Shown here: positions 48,121 through 57,617 of the stretch, piece by piece
Numbering within the stretch: position 1 is the stretch's first letter
Layout of the letters: each line of letters begins with the position of its first letter
Source of the DNA: Bacteroidota bacterium
Lineage (GTDB): Bacteria; Bacteroidota; Rhodothermia; Rhodothermales; Bin80
Assembly: GCA_028873925.1 (NCBI GenBank)
Contig: JAPPNA010000037.1
Coordinates: forward strand, 518 to 64,517
DNA: 64,000 nucleotides
Direction of reading: 5' to 3'
The notes under the pieces: generated by a model
What the model was told of the DNA's origin: nothing
The model's input: the letters and a program-made list of their open reading frames with translations, nothing else
Databases searched by the model: none
Position numbers and translations under genes: made by a program

Positions 48121-51100
48121 GTGAGTGTACTGGGTTTCAATACCGGATATGTTGAGGAGCTGCACAAGCGGTTCCTTGATGATCCGAAGAGCGTAAGTCC
48201 GAGCTGGCGCGATTTTTTTGCCGACTACAGCCCGGGACACGCTGCCATCACCGAGCCGACACCTCGGCCCCCGGCACCTTCCGGAGATGGTGCGGCACCG
48301 GTCGGAGCAGACGTAAAGCCCATTCGAGGGCCCGGGGCCAGACTGGTCGAAAACATGGAGGCCAGCCTCTCCATTCCGACCGCTACTTCCGTACGCAGCC
48401 TGTCAGTCAAACTGCTGACCGAAAACCGGCTCCTGATCAATCAGCACCAGCGCGGCATTGGTGGCCTGAAAGTTTCGTTTACCCACATCATCGCGTACGC
48501 GATTGTTCAGGCGCTGCGCAAATTCCCCAATATGTACAGCAGCTTCCGCAGAAGCGGAGATACGCCGCAGCATGTAAAGGCGGAGGCGATCAATTTCGGA
48601 CTGGCGATTGACGTGGAGCGGCGCGGCCGGCGATCTCTGGTGGTGCCCAATATCAAGGAGGCCCAGCAGCTGAATTTTGCGGAGCTGCTCGGCCGTTACA
48701 ACGACCTGATCCGGCGATCCCGGAGCAATCAGCTTACCCTTGAGGACTTTCAGTGGACCAATGTGACCCTGACCAATCCCGGCATGATCGGCACCAGCCT
48801 AAGCGTACCGCGCCTGATGCCCACTCAGGGGCTTATTGTAGGCATCGGGGCCATCGGGTACCCGCCGGAATATGAGTCCCTGCCCGGACTGACCGCAAGC
48901 AAGGTCGGCCTGGCACCGGTGATGACCATCACCTCCACCTACGACCACCGGGTGATTCAGGGGGCCGAAAGCGGCGCTTTTCTGGCCCATCTGACGAAGC
49001 TGATCCAGGGCACCGGCGATGCCGGCAGGGACTTCTATGCGTCCGTATTCAGTGACCTCAATATTCCCCACCCGCCGTATGTGCACACGTCTGACTCCAC
49101 GCCTCAGTTGGGGAACGCCCTGAAAGGGGGCGAGGAAACCGAAATGATCGTAAAGCAGGCCCAGGTCATGATGATGATCCGGGTCTTTCGCGTCCTCGGC
49201 CATCTCCAGGCCGATATCAACCCGCTGGGCTACGAGTGGGAGTACCATCCGGAACTGGATCCGTCACAATACGGACTGACCGTTTGGGATCTGGACCGTG
49301 AATTTGTCACCGGCGGCCTCGGCGGCAAGGATGTGCTGCCGTTGCGGGAAATCCTCAGCATTCTGCGCGAGACCTACATGCGCCGGATTGGCGTGGCCTA
49401 TATGCACATCTCCAAACCGGCGGAACGGCGCTGGCTCCAGGACAGGATTGAGCCGCTCCGCAATGCCGATGTGCTCACACTTGACGATAAGCGCCGCATC
49501 CTGCGCAAACTGAATGCGGCGGAAGCCTTTGAGCGGTTTTTGCACACACGCTACATCGGACACAAACGCTTTTCGCTGGAAGGTGGAGAGAGTATCGTAC
49601 CGATGCTGGATGCCATCATCGGGGATGCCGCGGACCAGGAGGTCCATGAAATCGTCATCGGCATGGCGCACCGCGGCCGGCTCAATATCCTGGCCAATGT
49701 GATGGGCAAGTCGTACGAGAACATCTTCTCCGAGTTTGAGGGCAGCATCAATCCGGAGACCATCTACGGCTCGGGGGATGTAAAGTACCACCTGGGAACC
49801 AAGGGGTCCTACACGAGCCCGACGGACAATACCATTCAATTGACGCTCGCCTCAAACCCGAGTCACCTAGAATCGGTCAGCCCCATTGTGGAAGGGATGG
49901 TCCGGGCCAAACAGGACGTTCTCACCGACAGCGGAGCCACCGATGTGCCGGGCGGCGATGTCGCCGACGCGATTATTCCACTGCTGATTCACGGCGATGC
50001 CGCCTTTGCCGGCCAGGGCGTGGTAACCGAAACACTGAACTGCAGCCAGCTTCGCGGCTACCACACCGGCGGCACCATCCACATTGTGATCAACAACCAG
50101 ATCGGGTTCACCACCGGACCCAGTGAAGCACGCAGTTCAACGTACGCAACTGATGTCGCCCGCATGATTGAAGCACCCATTTTTCATGTTAACGGCGATG
50201 ATCCTGAAGCATGCGTTCGTGTAGCACGCCTGGCACTTGATTATCGGCAGGTCTTCAACAAGGATGTGGTGATTGACATGCTGTGCTACCGGCAGCACGG
50301 GCACAATGAAGGCGACGAACCGACCTATACGAACCCGGTGCTGTACCGGGCCATTCAGCAGAAGCGGTCCCCTCGTAAGCTCTACACCGAGTCACTGCTG
50401 AATCGCGGCGACATGAAGCCGGAGGAGGCCGAACAGATGCTGGATGATTTTCAACAGCTGCTGCAGCAGGCTTTTCTGAAGACTCAGGACCTGAAGGAAA
50501 AAGATCCGGTCGATTTCCTGGAGCGCTTCCAGACCACGCGGGATATCAGCCTGGAACAGGCCGATACGCGTGTGCCCTGGGAACGCCTGGAGGATGTGCT
50601 GGAGTCGCTGCTTCGCACGCCCGAGGGATTCAATGTGCATCCGAAGCTGATGCGACAGTTCAGGCGGCGCGATGAAACGCTCAGGACCCGGAACCGCATG
50701 GACTGGGCTTTCGCGGAGGCCCTGGCATTCGGATCCCTTCTGCAGGAGGGTATCACCGTACGGCAGAGCGGTCAGGACTCCCGCCGCGCCACCTTCAGCC
50801 AGCGCCATGCGGTGGTCTACGATCAACAGACCAACCAGGAGTACATCCCGCTGAATCACATCACGCCGGGTCAGGCCCGACTGCACATTTTTGACAGCCT
50901 GCTGTCCGAGTACGCGGTGTGCGCCTTTGAGTACGGCTACTCGGTGGCCAATCAGGAGGCGCTGGTGGTCTGGGAGGCTCAGTTTGGTGATTTTGCCAAC
51001 GGAGCACAAATCGTGTTTGATCAGTTTCTGTCGGCTGCGGAGGAAAAATGGGGACAAACCAGCAGCCTGGTTGCCCTGCTGCCCCACGGGTATGAGGGCC

Positions 51101-51744
51101 AGGGGCCTGAGCATTCATCCGCCCGGCTTGAGCGGTTTCTGCAGTTGTGCGCGGAGGGCAACATGATGGTGTGCAACCTGAGCACGCCGGCGAATTACTT
51201 TCATGCGCTCAGGCGGCAGGCGTTGTGGAGTCAGAAGAAGCCGCTCATCCTGATGACCCCAAAGAGCCTGCTGCGTCATCCGGACGCGGTCTCCTCCCCG
51301 GAGGAACTTACCAGCGGGGGATTTCAGCCCGTAATCGGGGCGGACCAGCCGCCGGAGGGCATCCGGCGCGTGGTCATTTGCAGCGGCAAGATCTACTATG
51401 ACCTGGTCGCCGGCCTCAGGAAGGATCCCGATTCGGCGGCCGCCATTGCGCTGGTTCGCCTTGAGCAGTACTACCCGCTGCCCCGGGCCGCACTCAGCGA
51501 AGAGCTGGGCCGATACAGTCCAGACTGCACCTACTGCTGGGCACAGGAAGAACCGGCCAATATGGGGGCCTGGACCTATGTCCGACCGGAGCTGCAAAGC
51601 ATTCTGCGTTCATTGTACCCGGGCGAGTTGTTCACCATCCAGTATGCCGGGCGGCTGCCCAGTGCCAGTCCTGCGACCGGCAGCGGCAAGGTGCACCAGG
51701 TTGAGCAGGATGAAGTGGTTGCCAACGCGCTGCTGCCGTTCTGA
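48121..51744 (+). CDS. sucA: multifunctional 2-oxoglutarate dehydrogenase E1 fused to an E2-type acyltransferase domain (Kgd/OdhA architecture)
   Basis: 1207 aa with a GTG start. The SucA N-terminus is FNTGYVEELHKRFLDDP. An E2 catalytic core follows, with TSTYDHRVIQGAESGAFL (DHRxxxG active site) and no lipoyl domain. The TPP-dependent E1 core then follows (GMAHRGRLNILANV, LLIHGDAAFAGQG, EAQFGDFANGAQ). Confidence 0.93.
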   Translation: MSVLGFNTGYVEELHKRFLDDPKSVSPSWRDFFADYSPGHAAITEPTPRPPAPSGDGAAPVGADVKPIRGPGARLVENMEASLSIPTATSVRSLSVKLLTENRLLINQHQRGIGGLKVSFTHIIAYAIVQALRKFPNMYSSFRRSGDTPQHVKAEAINFGLAIDVERRGRRSLVVPNIKEAQQLNFAELLGRYNDLIRRSRSNQLTLEDFQWTNVTLTNPGMIGTSLSVPRLMPTQGLIVGIGAIGYPPEYESLPGLTASKVGLAPVMTITSTYDHRVIQGAESGAFLAHLTKLIQGTGDAGRDFYASVFSDLNIPHPPYVHTSDSTPQLGNALKGGEETEMIVKQAQVMMMIRVFRVLGHLQADINPLGYEWEYHPELDPSQYGLTVWDLDREFVTGGLGGKDVLPLREILSILRETYMRRIGVAYMHISKPAERRWLQDRIEPLRNADVLTLDDKRRILRKLNAAEAFERFLHTRYIGHKRFSLEGGESIVPMLDAIIGDAADQEVHEIVIGMAHRGRLNILANVMGKSYENIFSEFEGSINPETIYGSGDVKYHLGTKGSYTSPTDNTIQLTLASNPSHLESVSPIVEGMVRAKQDVLTDSGATDVPGGDVADAIIPLLIHGDAAFAGQGVVTETLNCSQLRGYHTGGTIHIVINNQIGFTTGPSEARSSTYATDVARMIEAPIFHVNGDDPEACVRVARLALDYRQVFNKDVVIDMLCYRQHGHNEGDEPTYTNPVLYRAIQQKRSPRKLYTESLLNRGDMKPEEAEQMLDDFQQLLQQAFLKTQDLKEKDPVDFLERFQTTRDISLEQADTRVPWERLEDVLESLLRTPEGFNVHPKLMRQFRRRDETLRTRNRMDWAFAEALAFGSLLQEGITVRQSGQDSRRATFSQRHAVVYDQQTNQEYIPLNHITPGQARLHIFDSLLSEYAVCAFEYGYSVANQEALVVWEAQFGDFANGAQIVFDQFLSAAEEKWGQTSSLVALLPHGYEGQGPEHSSARLERFLQLCAEGNMMVCNLSTPANYFHALRRQALWSQKKPLILMTPKSLLRHPDAVSSPEELTSGGFQPVIGADQPPEGIRRVVICSGKIYYDLVAGLRKDPDSAAAIALVRLEQYYPLPRAALSEELGRYSPDCTYCWAQEEPANMGAWTYVRPELQSILRSLYPGELFTIQYAGRLPSASPATGSGKVHQVEQDEVVANALLPF

Positions 51745-51785
51745 GGGGGCAGCCGCAAGAGGCCATGCCGCCTCAAGAGTGCGCC

Positions 51786-51805
51786 TGTCGGGGCAGGACC
51801 CGACA
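51786..51805. terminator. 7-bp stem hairpin (TGTCGGG-gcagga-CCCGACA) between convergent sucA/kgd and rpsU
   Basis: Read from the sequence. There is no U-tract on either side, so it is weak as an intrinsic terminator. Confidence 0.25.
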
Positions 51806-51812
51806 CCCCGGC

Positions 51813-52007
51813 CTAATAACGCCTGTTATGGCGGCGGGCATTGCGTGATGCCTTCTCCTTAGCAATCCTGCGCTCCTCTGAGGGCTTGCTGAAAGCCATG
51901 TTCTGCCGGTACAGCCGCAGGATGCGACTGCGATTCACACTGCGCTTGAACCGGCGAAGCGCACGGTCAATGTTCTCCTTCTCGCGAACCTTGACACCAA
52001 CTCCTAT
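51813..52007 (-). CDS. rpsU: 30S ribosomal protein S21 (conserved core; start codon unresolved)
   Basis: IGVGVKVREKENIDRALRRFKRSVNRSRILRLYRQNMAFSKPSEERRIAKEKA... is clearly S21. The nearest in-frame canonical start, the ATG at 52094, would add about 29 non-conserved residues. Confidence 0.8.
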   Translation of the reverse strand: MGVGVKVREKENIDRALRRFKRSVNRSRILRLYRQNMAFSKPSEERRIAKEKASRNARRHNRRY

Positions 52008-52115
52008 ATGACTGGCCAGGAAACTGCCTCCGCAAATCTTGAAGTGAATAAATGGTAGCAAATCTGTAACAATGGCTCCGCCCGAAGGTTTCACCTACGC
52101 AGATTATCCGGCAAC

Positions 52116-52727
52116 ATGGCGGAGTTTCCGATCAAAAAGCTGGTGCTGGCCACCGGTAATCCATTCAAGGCCCGGGAGCTGCGCATGCTGCTGCACAAGC
52201 TCCCCGTGGAAATACTGGATCTGTCAATGTTCTCCGAGGCCCCTGAGGTGGCCGAAACCGGCACGACCCTCGCCGAGAACGCCCGGCTGAAGGCACAGGC
52301 GATAAATGACTTCTGCGGATTGTCCACCTTGGCGGATGATACGGGGCTTTTTGTTGAAGCTCTCCAGGGACACCCCGGGGTTTCGTCTGCGCGTTTTGCC
52401 GGTCCCAACCGCGATGACCGGGCCAACCGGGCGAAGCTGCTCCGAGCGTTGAACGGCCAGGAGCAGCGGGCAGCCAACTTCGTGACCGTAATGGCATATG
52501 CAGGTTCATCCGGGCGGCTGCCCCACACGCATTTGTTTGAGGGTATCTGCCCGGGGCACATTGCTGTTCGGGAATTGACCTCCGGGGGATTCGGCTACGA
52601 GTCCGTCTTTATTCCCAAGGGGCACAGCCGTTGTTTTGCGCAGTTGACCCCGCATGAAAAGAATGCCATCAGTCACCGCGGCAAAGCGGCACATGCGTTT
52701 ATCCGCTTCCTGAGTCCCCCGGCATGA
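52116..52727 (+). CDS. rdgB: non-canonical purine NTP pyrophosphatase (XTP/dITP diphosphatase, Ham1 family)
   Basis: LVLATGNPFKARE, ADDTGLFVEAL, GFGYESVF and SHRGKA motifs. Confidence 0.9.
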   Translation: MAEFPIKKLVLATGNPFKARELRMLLHKLPVEILDLSMFSEAPEVAETGTTLAENARLKAQAINDFCGLSTLADDTGLFVEALQGHPGVSSARFAGPNRDDRANRAKLLRALNGQEQRAANFVTVMAYAGSSGRLPHTHLFEGICPGHIAVRELTSGGFGYESVFIPKGHSRCFAQLTPHEKNAISHRGKAAHAFIRFLSPPA

Positions 52728-53206
52728 TAGCCTTGGTGCAGCGCGTACTTGAGGCCTCCGTGATGGCGGACGATATCGTTACCGGCGCAATCGGACCCGG
52801 CCTGCTGATTCTTCTGGGAGTTCACCGCGACGATGGCACCGGTGAAGCCGACTGGCTCGCCCGCAAGTGTGCACATATGCGCATTTTCCCGGACGATACC
52901 GGCAACATGAACACCTCCCTTATCCGGACCGGGGGTGAGGCATTGGTTGTGTCGCAGTTCACCCTGTACGGCGACGCGGCCAGAGGTCACCGACCGTCAT
53001 TTACACATGCCGCACGACCCAGGAAGGCCCGACAGCTCTACGAGCGCTTTCTCGCCGCCCTTTCCGCCGAGCTCCAAAAGCCGGTAGCCCAAGGGGTATT
53101 CGGGGCCATGATGAAGGTGCGCCTGATCAATGATGGCCCCGTAACGATTATGCTGGAGCGTAAACCTACCTCACAGCGCCTCACGCCGGCACATCCTCAT
53201 CGGTAA
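52724..53206 (+). CDS. dtd: D-aminoacyl-tRNA deacylase
   Basis: MIALVQRV...GPGLLILLGV...SQFTLYGD...NDGPVT, the canonical Dtd motifs. There is a 4-nt overlap with rdgB. Confidence 0.92.
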   Translation: MIALVQRVLEASVMADDIVTGAIGPGLLILLGVHRDDGTGEADWLARKCAHMRIFPDDTGNMNTSLIRTGGEALVVSQFTLYGDAARGHRPSFTHAARPRKARQLYERFLAALSAELQKPVAQGVFGAMMKVRLINDGPVTIMLERKPTSQRLTPAHPHR

Positions 53207-54608
53207 GGATCGGGAGGTCCTCCTGCATCGACGGCATCAGCGGCCGGTCGGCAATCCAGTCTTCATCCAGTTGGATGGATACCTGGTCGTGATGGATCAG
53301 CACCGGACCGTTGTAACGACCGGCCCGCGGGCCGTTTTCCAGACGCAGGACACCCCTTGGGCATACCGCTGCACACATACCGCAGCCCACGCACGAGGCG
53401 CGGACTATATTCTGGCCGCGCTGCGCATACCAGCGTACATCAATGCCCATTTCACAGTATGTGGAGCAGTTCCCGCACGAGATGCACTGGCCGCCGTTGG
53501 TGGTGATCCTGAAGCGCGAAAAGTACTTCTGCAGCAGCCCTAGGATAGCGGCCATCGGACAGCCGAACCGGCACCATACACGTGACCCCATAATGGGATA
53601 GAATCCCACCCCCACGACACCGGAAAACACCAAACCGATAAAGAATCCGTACCACTGGGCAAATCTCTGGGACATCCCACCGAGGACACTCCCCTGCCAG
53701 GCTGCATTGGTCCACAACAGTACCGTGGTAGCCACGATCACCACCAGCACACTGTGCACCATCCATCGCTCAACCTTCCACGCACCCACTGATTTGTCAG
53801 ACAGATGCCTGAAGGGATCACCGGCGGTTTCCGCCAGCCCGCCGCAGCCGCAGACCCAGGAGCAGTACCAGCGCTTGCCGTAGAAGTACGTGAGCACCGG
53901 TGTGGCGACCAGGCTCAGTACCAGCCCCCAGAATACCATGAACACGCCCAGACCGGATGCGTCCGTCAGATAATTCACATTGCCGGGCCAAAGGTAGTCA
54001 TACTTGAGCGGCCAAAAATAGCTGAAGTAGAATTCCGGCTGATTCAGGCTGCGAAGCAGTCCAGGCAGAATAAAGGCGAACCCCAACTGGAAGAACATCA
54101 CCGAAACCGTCCGAATCAGCTGATACGGAATGTTCCGATACTTCACCAGCATTCGCGCACCCATGATCAGCACGGCCATCGTATAGAAGAAGCCGTACAG
54201 GAACCACTGGTCGGCCGGGGCTCCGCGCATCAGATAGCTGAGGCCATCGGTCATGCGCACCAGGTGCACCAGCGCATCGGAGGACCAGTAAAGCAATATG
54301 TAGAATCCGGTGAACACGACTGCCATAATCCATCCGGCCATGCCGCGTGCCGTGGTGCCGGAAAACCACACGCCATTGTTATCAATGCCGGCCGGATTGC
54401 GCGCCATTTTCCTGAACACCATTGCCCCGCCCAGGCAGAGTCCGCCCATGGATAAGGCCAGCATGAGTCCGGGGGCGACGCTGCCTGCCCCAAAGAAGGC
54501 GACCAGCAGGCACAGTAAGCCCAATCCGATTACGGCGAGCCCGCCGCGCTCCGACCAGCTGAATTGTCCGGCCCTTGCGGTCAGTTGAAGACTGTTTTCA
54601 GTGTTCAT
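53181..54608 (-). CDS. polytopic membrane 4Fe-4S polyferredoxin (FixG/YccM-like)
   Basis: Multiple TM helices. The cysteine clusters are WYCSWVCGCGGLAE, CPMAAILG, CISCGNCSTYCEMGIDV and CVGCGMCAAVCPRGV. The start is at the internal ATG at 54608, overlapping the upstream gene's stop by 11 nt. Confidence 0.75.
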   Translation of the reverse strand: MNTENSLQLTARAGQFSWSERGGLAVIGLGLLCLLVAFFGAGSVAPGLMLALSMGGLCLGGAMVFRKMARNPAGIDNNGVWFSGTTARGMAGWIMAVVFTGFYILLYWSSDALVHLVRMTDGLSYLMRGAPADQWFLYGFFYTMAVLIMGARMLVKYRNIPYQLIRTVSVMFFQLGFAFILPGLLRSLNQPEFYFSYFWPLKYDYLWPGNVNYLTDASGLGVFMVFWGLVLSLVATPVLTYFYGKRWYCSWVCGCGGLAETAGDPFRHLSDKSVGAWKVERWMVHSVLVVIVATTVLLWTNAAWQGSVLGGMSQRFAQWYGFFIGLVFSGVVGVGFYPIMGSRVWCRFGCPMAAILGLLQKYFSRFRITTNGGQCISCGNCSTYCEMGIDVRWYAQRGQNIVRASCVGCGMCAAVCPRGVLRLENGPRAGRYNGPVLIHHDQVSIQLDEDWIADRPLMPSMQEDLPILTDEDVPA

Positions 54609-55854
54609 GAGTGTTGAGGATTGCCGGGAACCGGTCAAATTCAGCATCGAACCGGATTTTCCCGAGAGAGCTGAGGACCTGATCAATCGTGCGGCCCTGC
54701 CGAATCCAGTGCTCGCACACATCGTGGCGAAGTCGCAGCCCCATGGCGTTGAGTCCGGTGATCCGGCGTGTGGAGGTCTTATAGTTGATGCGCAGCAGCC
54801 GCCCGCCGTGTCGGACGCACCAGCTTTGCACATCGGGACTGGGGCGGGCCGGAATATCGCCGTACGTCTGATATTCAATCGTGAAGAACTTGGCGGAATT
54901 AAAGAACACGCCCCGGCGGTACGGCCTGCGCCGGCCGCACAGCGTATGTGCTACCGTTTTGCCATGCGCTCGCCCGGTGTACCAGAGCTGCTCCACCCGG
55001 CGGCTGCCGATGCCGTCCGTGCGGAATTCCGCACAATCTCCCGCCGCGTACACATCAGGTACGCTTGTCTCAAAGTACTCATTAACCAGTATGCCCCGTG
55101 CTGTTTCCAGACCGGAGGCTCGTGCCATGGCAATATTGGGGTGAACACCGGCGGTAAGCCCCACAAACTGGCAGTTGATGACTTCATCGCGACTGGTTTC
55201 CACGGCCTCGGCGCGGGTGTTTCCCCGGATGGCTTTCAGCTCTGTAGCCAACTTCAGATCAACATGGTGCCGGCGGATTTCGTCGTTGATCATGGCGGAT
55301 TCTTCAGCCGGCAGCAGGTATTCCATGTAGCTGTTCTCCCGCACAAGAAAAGTCACCGGAATCTGGCGGGAGTGCAGCATTTCGGCCATTTCAATCCCGA
55401 TGAGGCCGCCTCCTACGACCACGGCCCTATCAATGTCGCGCGTGTACCGCTCCATGCGTGCCAGATCCGGTATGCCGTAGAGCCCCTGCACGCCGGGCAG
55501 ATCCTGACCCGGCCAGCCGAACCTGTTGGATTTGGATCCGGTTGCCAGCAAGAGCGCGTCATAAGCTATGTCAGGGCCATCGGCCACATGTACGACTCGG
55601 GCCTTCGTATCGACGGAAGATACATATCCCCGTACGAGGTCCAGCCCGTTTGCCTGCCAGAACTGGTCCTCATAGGGCTTGGTCTCCTGATACCGCATAT
55701 GCCCCATGTAGATGTACATCAGCGCGGTTCGCGCGTAGAAGTGATCGGTCTCGCTGGAGATAATGGTAATGCGGCTCCCGCTTAACTTTCGTACAAATCG
55801 GGCGGCGGTGATTCCGGTAATCCCGTTGCCGACGATCACAATATGTCTGGACAT
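54598..55854 (-). CDS. FAD/NAD(P)-dependent pyridine nucleotide-disulfide-family oxidoreductase
   Basis: The N-terminal dinucleotide fold is HIVIVGNGITGITAA. The second Rossmann fold is VVVGGGLIGIEMAEML. AAGDCAE is also present. The start is set at the internal ATG at 55854. Confidence 0.85.
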   Translation of the reverse strand: MSRHIVIVGNGITGITAARFVRKLSGSRITIISSETDHFYARTALMYIYMGHMRYQETKPYEDQFWQANGLDLVRGYVSSVDTKARVVHVADGPDIAYDALLLATGSKSNRFGWPGQDLPGVQGLYGIPDLARMERYTRDIDRAVVVGGGLIGIEMAEMLHSRQIPVTFLVRENSYMEYLLPAEESAMINDEIRRHHVDLKLATELKAIRGNTRAEAVETSRDEVINCQFVGLTAGVHPNIAMARASGLETARGILVNEYFETSVPDVYAAGDCAEFRTDGIGSRRVEQLWYTGRAHGKTVAHTLCGRRRPYRRGVFFNSAKFFTIEYQTYGDIPARPSPDVQSWCVRHGGRLLRINYKTSTRRITGLNAMGLRLRHDVCEHWIRQGRTIDQVLSSLGKIRFDAEFDRFPAILNTHEH

Positions 55855-55911
55855 GGGCAGTGCGGCTGACTTGGGGAAAGGTAGTAAGAATCGGGATAAT
55901 GTGAGGGTCGA

Positions 55912-56784
55912 ATGACCTATGGTATTGCGGGTAACATCCGCAAGGAGCAGCTCTGGGATTGTATCGCGCGCCTGATTGACTACTTTGGGGCGCACGAAAT
56001 CGAATGGTTTCTGCACGAGCCGCTGGCCAGGGCACTTGCCGGTCGCCAATTGCTTGCGGCGGAGGAGGCGCAGCGGCGCAGCACACCGGATCTGGCGGTG
56101 CGCAGTGACATTATCCTTTCGATTGGGGGAGATGGCACGCTTCTCAACACCGCGCACTCCGTCAAGGCCACCGGCAGACCCATCCTGGGCATCAATATCG
56201 GTCGCCTCGGATTTCTGACCGAAACTGATGCGGCAAATGTGATTGAGGCCATCGGCAGGTTGGAGGCGGGCCGGTTTTCGCTGCAGGAGCGAACGGTCAT
56301 TTCCGTGGATCATCCTGATGTCGGGTGGGCTTTGAATGATGTGGTGATTTCCCGGTCCGGCTCCACTGAGCTGATCGCCGTGGATGTATCGGTTAACGGC
56401 ACGCCACTGAACCGTTATTGGGGTGATGGCCTCATAGTGGCTACTCCGACCGGGTCCACCGCCTACTCACTTGCCGTGGGGGGACCCATAGTAATGCCAG
56501 GCAGCGGGGTGCTGATTATCAGCCCCATTGCGCCGCACAGTCTCACCGTGCGCCCGGTGGTCCTGCCAGCCTCGTCGGTAATTGAAATCCGTGTCCATTC
56601 CGACCCCGACACCTGCCAGTTGGCCCTGGATGGCCGCAATCGTCCAGAGGTTACCTTGGATCTGCCAATCACGGTGCGCAAGGCAGACCACAATATCCGT
56701 CTGGTAACACTGCCCGGCAGTCACTACCTCCATACGCTGCGTTCAAAGCTGTCATGGGGCCATGGACCTCAGCAGCCTCAATGA
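55912..56784 (+). CDS. nadK: NAD kinase
   Basis: GGDGTLL, NIGRLGFLT, and a GDGLIVATPTGSTAYSLAVGGPI motif set. Confidence 0.92.
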   Translation: MTYGIAGNIRKEQLWDCIARLIDYFGAHEIEWFLHEPLARALAGRQLLAAEEAQRRSTPDLAVRSDIILSIGGDGTLLNTAHSVKATGRPILGINIGRLGFLTETDAANVIEAIGRLEAGRFSLQERTVISVDHPDVGWALNDVVISRSGSTELIAVDVSVNGTPLNRYWGDGLIVATPTGSTAYSLAVGGPIVMPGSGVLIISPIAPHSLTVRPVVLPASSVIEIRVHSDPDTCQLALDGRNRPEVTLDLPITVRKADHNIRLVTLPGSHYLHTLRSKLSWGHGPQQPQ

Positions 56785-57539
56785 TGGCGCGTCACGCACT
56801 TGCGACACTGTTGCCGTTCATGCTGCTTCAGGCCTGCGCTGGACCCGGCCGGACCACGGTGGACACCGCCCCCGATGTGGAACTGTGGACTGTACCTTTG
56901 ATTCTCCAACGCCTTGATCTGCCGACCCTGCCGGCGGCCCTGACAGCTGCGGGAGATCTTTCCATCCGATCACCGCTCTATACCGGCGGTGCCGCGATGC
57001 GACTCAAGCACCGGGCCAACGATTCCATGCTGGTATCCCTTGCGGTCCCGGGACTGGGCATTGAGGCGGCGCGCCTCCTGGTAACGCCCGACAGTTTCTT
57101 CCTCTACAACCGGCTTGAGCGCTCGGTGACCGTGGGAACGGAGGATCTTCTGCCAGCAATGTTCAACGTGGCGGAAGCCATGCGTCTTATGCTGGGGCTC
57201 ATTAGGCCTGATGGGAAGAAAGCATGGGACCTGGTGGAGACGGCTGATGGCCTGGTACTGCGGGATGCGGACCGCAGGGAACAGTGGATCATCGACCCTG
57301 CGCTCGGACGGGTGCTCAGCTATGAACGCAGGCTGCCTTCCGGCCGGTTGGCTGAGGGCCTCTACTTTGCCGAATTCGTCCCGGTTGATGGTGAGCTTTA
57401 TCCCAAGCGCGTAACCTATCGCAATCCGGTGCAGTCCACCAACGGGCTGATTCATTTCAGATCGCTTGAATTTGCCGATGAAGTCTCCAGTATGGCGCTG
57501 GGCGCACCGGATGGCGTAACTCGCATCGTTGTTGAGTGA
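56781..57539 (+). CDS. lipoprotein, LolB/DUF4292-like
   Basis: Lipobox MMARHALATLLPFMLLQAC. The ATG overlaps the nadK stop (ATGA). The family assignment rests on size, context and weak sequence recollection only. Confidence 0.5.
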   Translation: MMARHALATLLPFMLLQACAGPGRTTVDTAPDVELWTVPLILQRLDLPTLPAALTAAGDLSIRSPLYTGGAAMRLKHRANDSMLVSLAVPGLGIEAARLLVTPDSFFLYNRLERSVTVGTEDLLPAMFNVAEAMRLMLGLIRPDGKKAWDLVETADGLVLRDADRREQWIIDPALGRVLSYERRLPSGRLAEGLYFAEFVPVDGELYPKRVTYRNPVQSTNGLIHFRSLEFADEVSSMALGAPDGVTRIVVE

Positions 57540-57617
57540 CCATCGGGTGCCGATGGACCGGCTGGCCGAGTGATTCGTTTATTGGCCTCAACTTGGAACA
57601 CATTAGGAGAACCTGCT

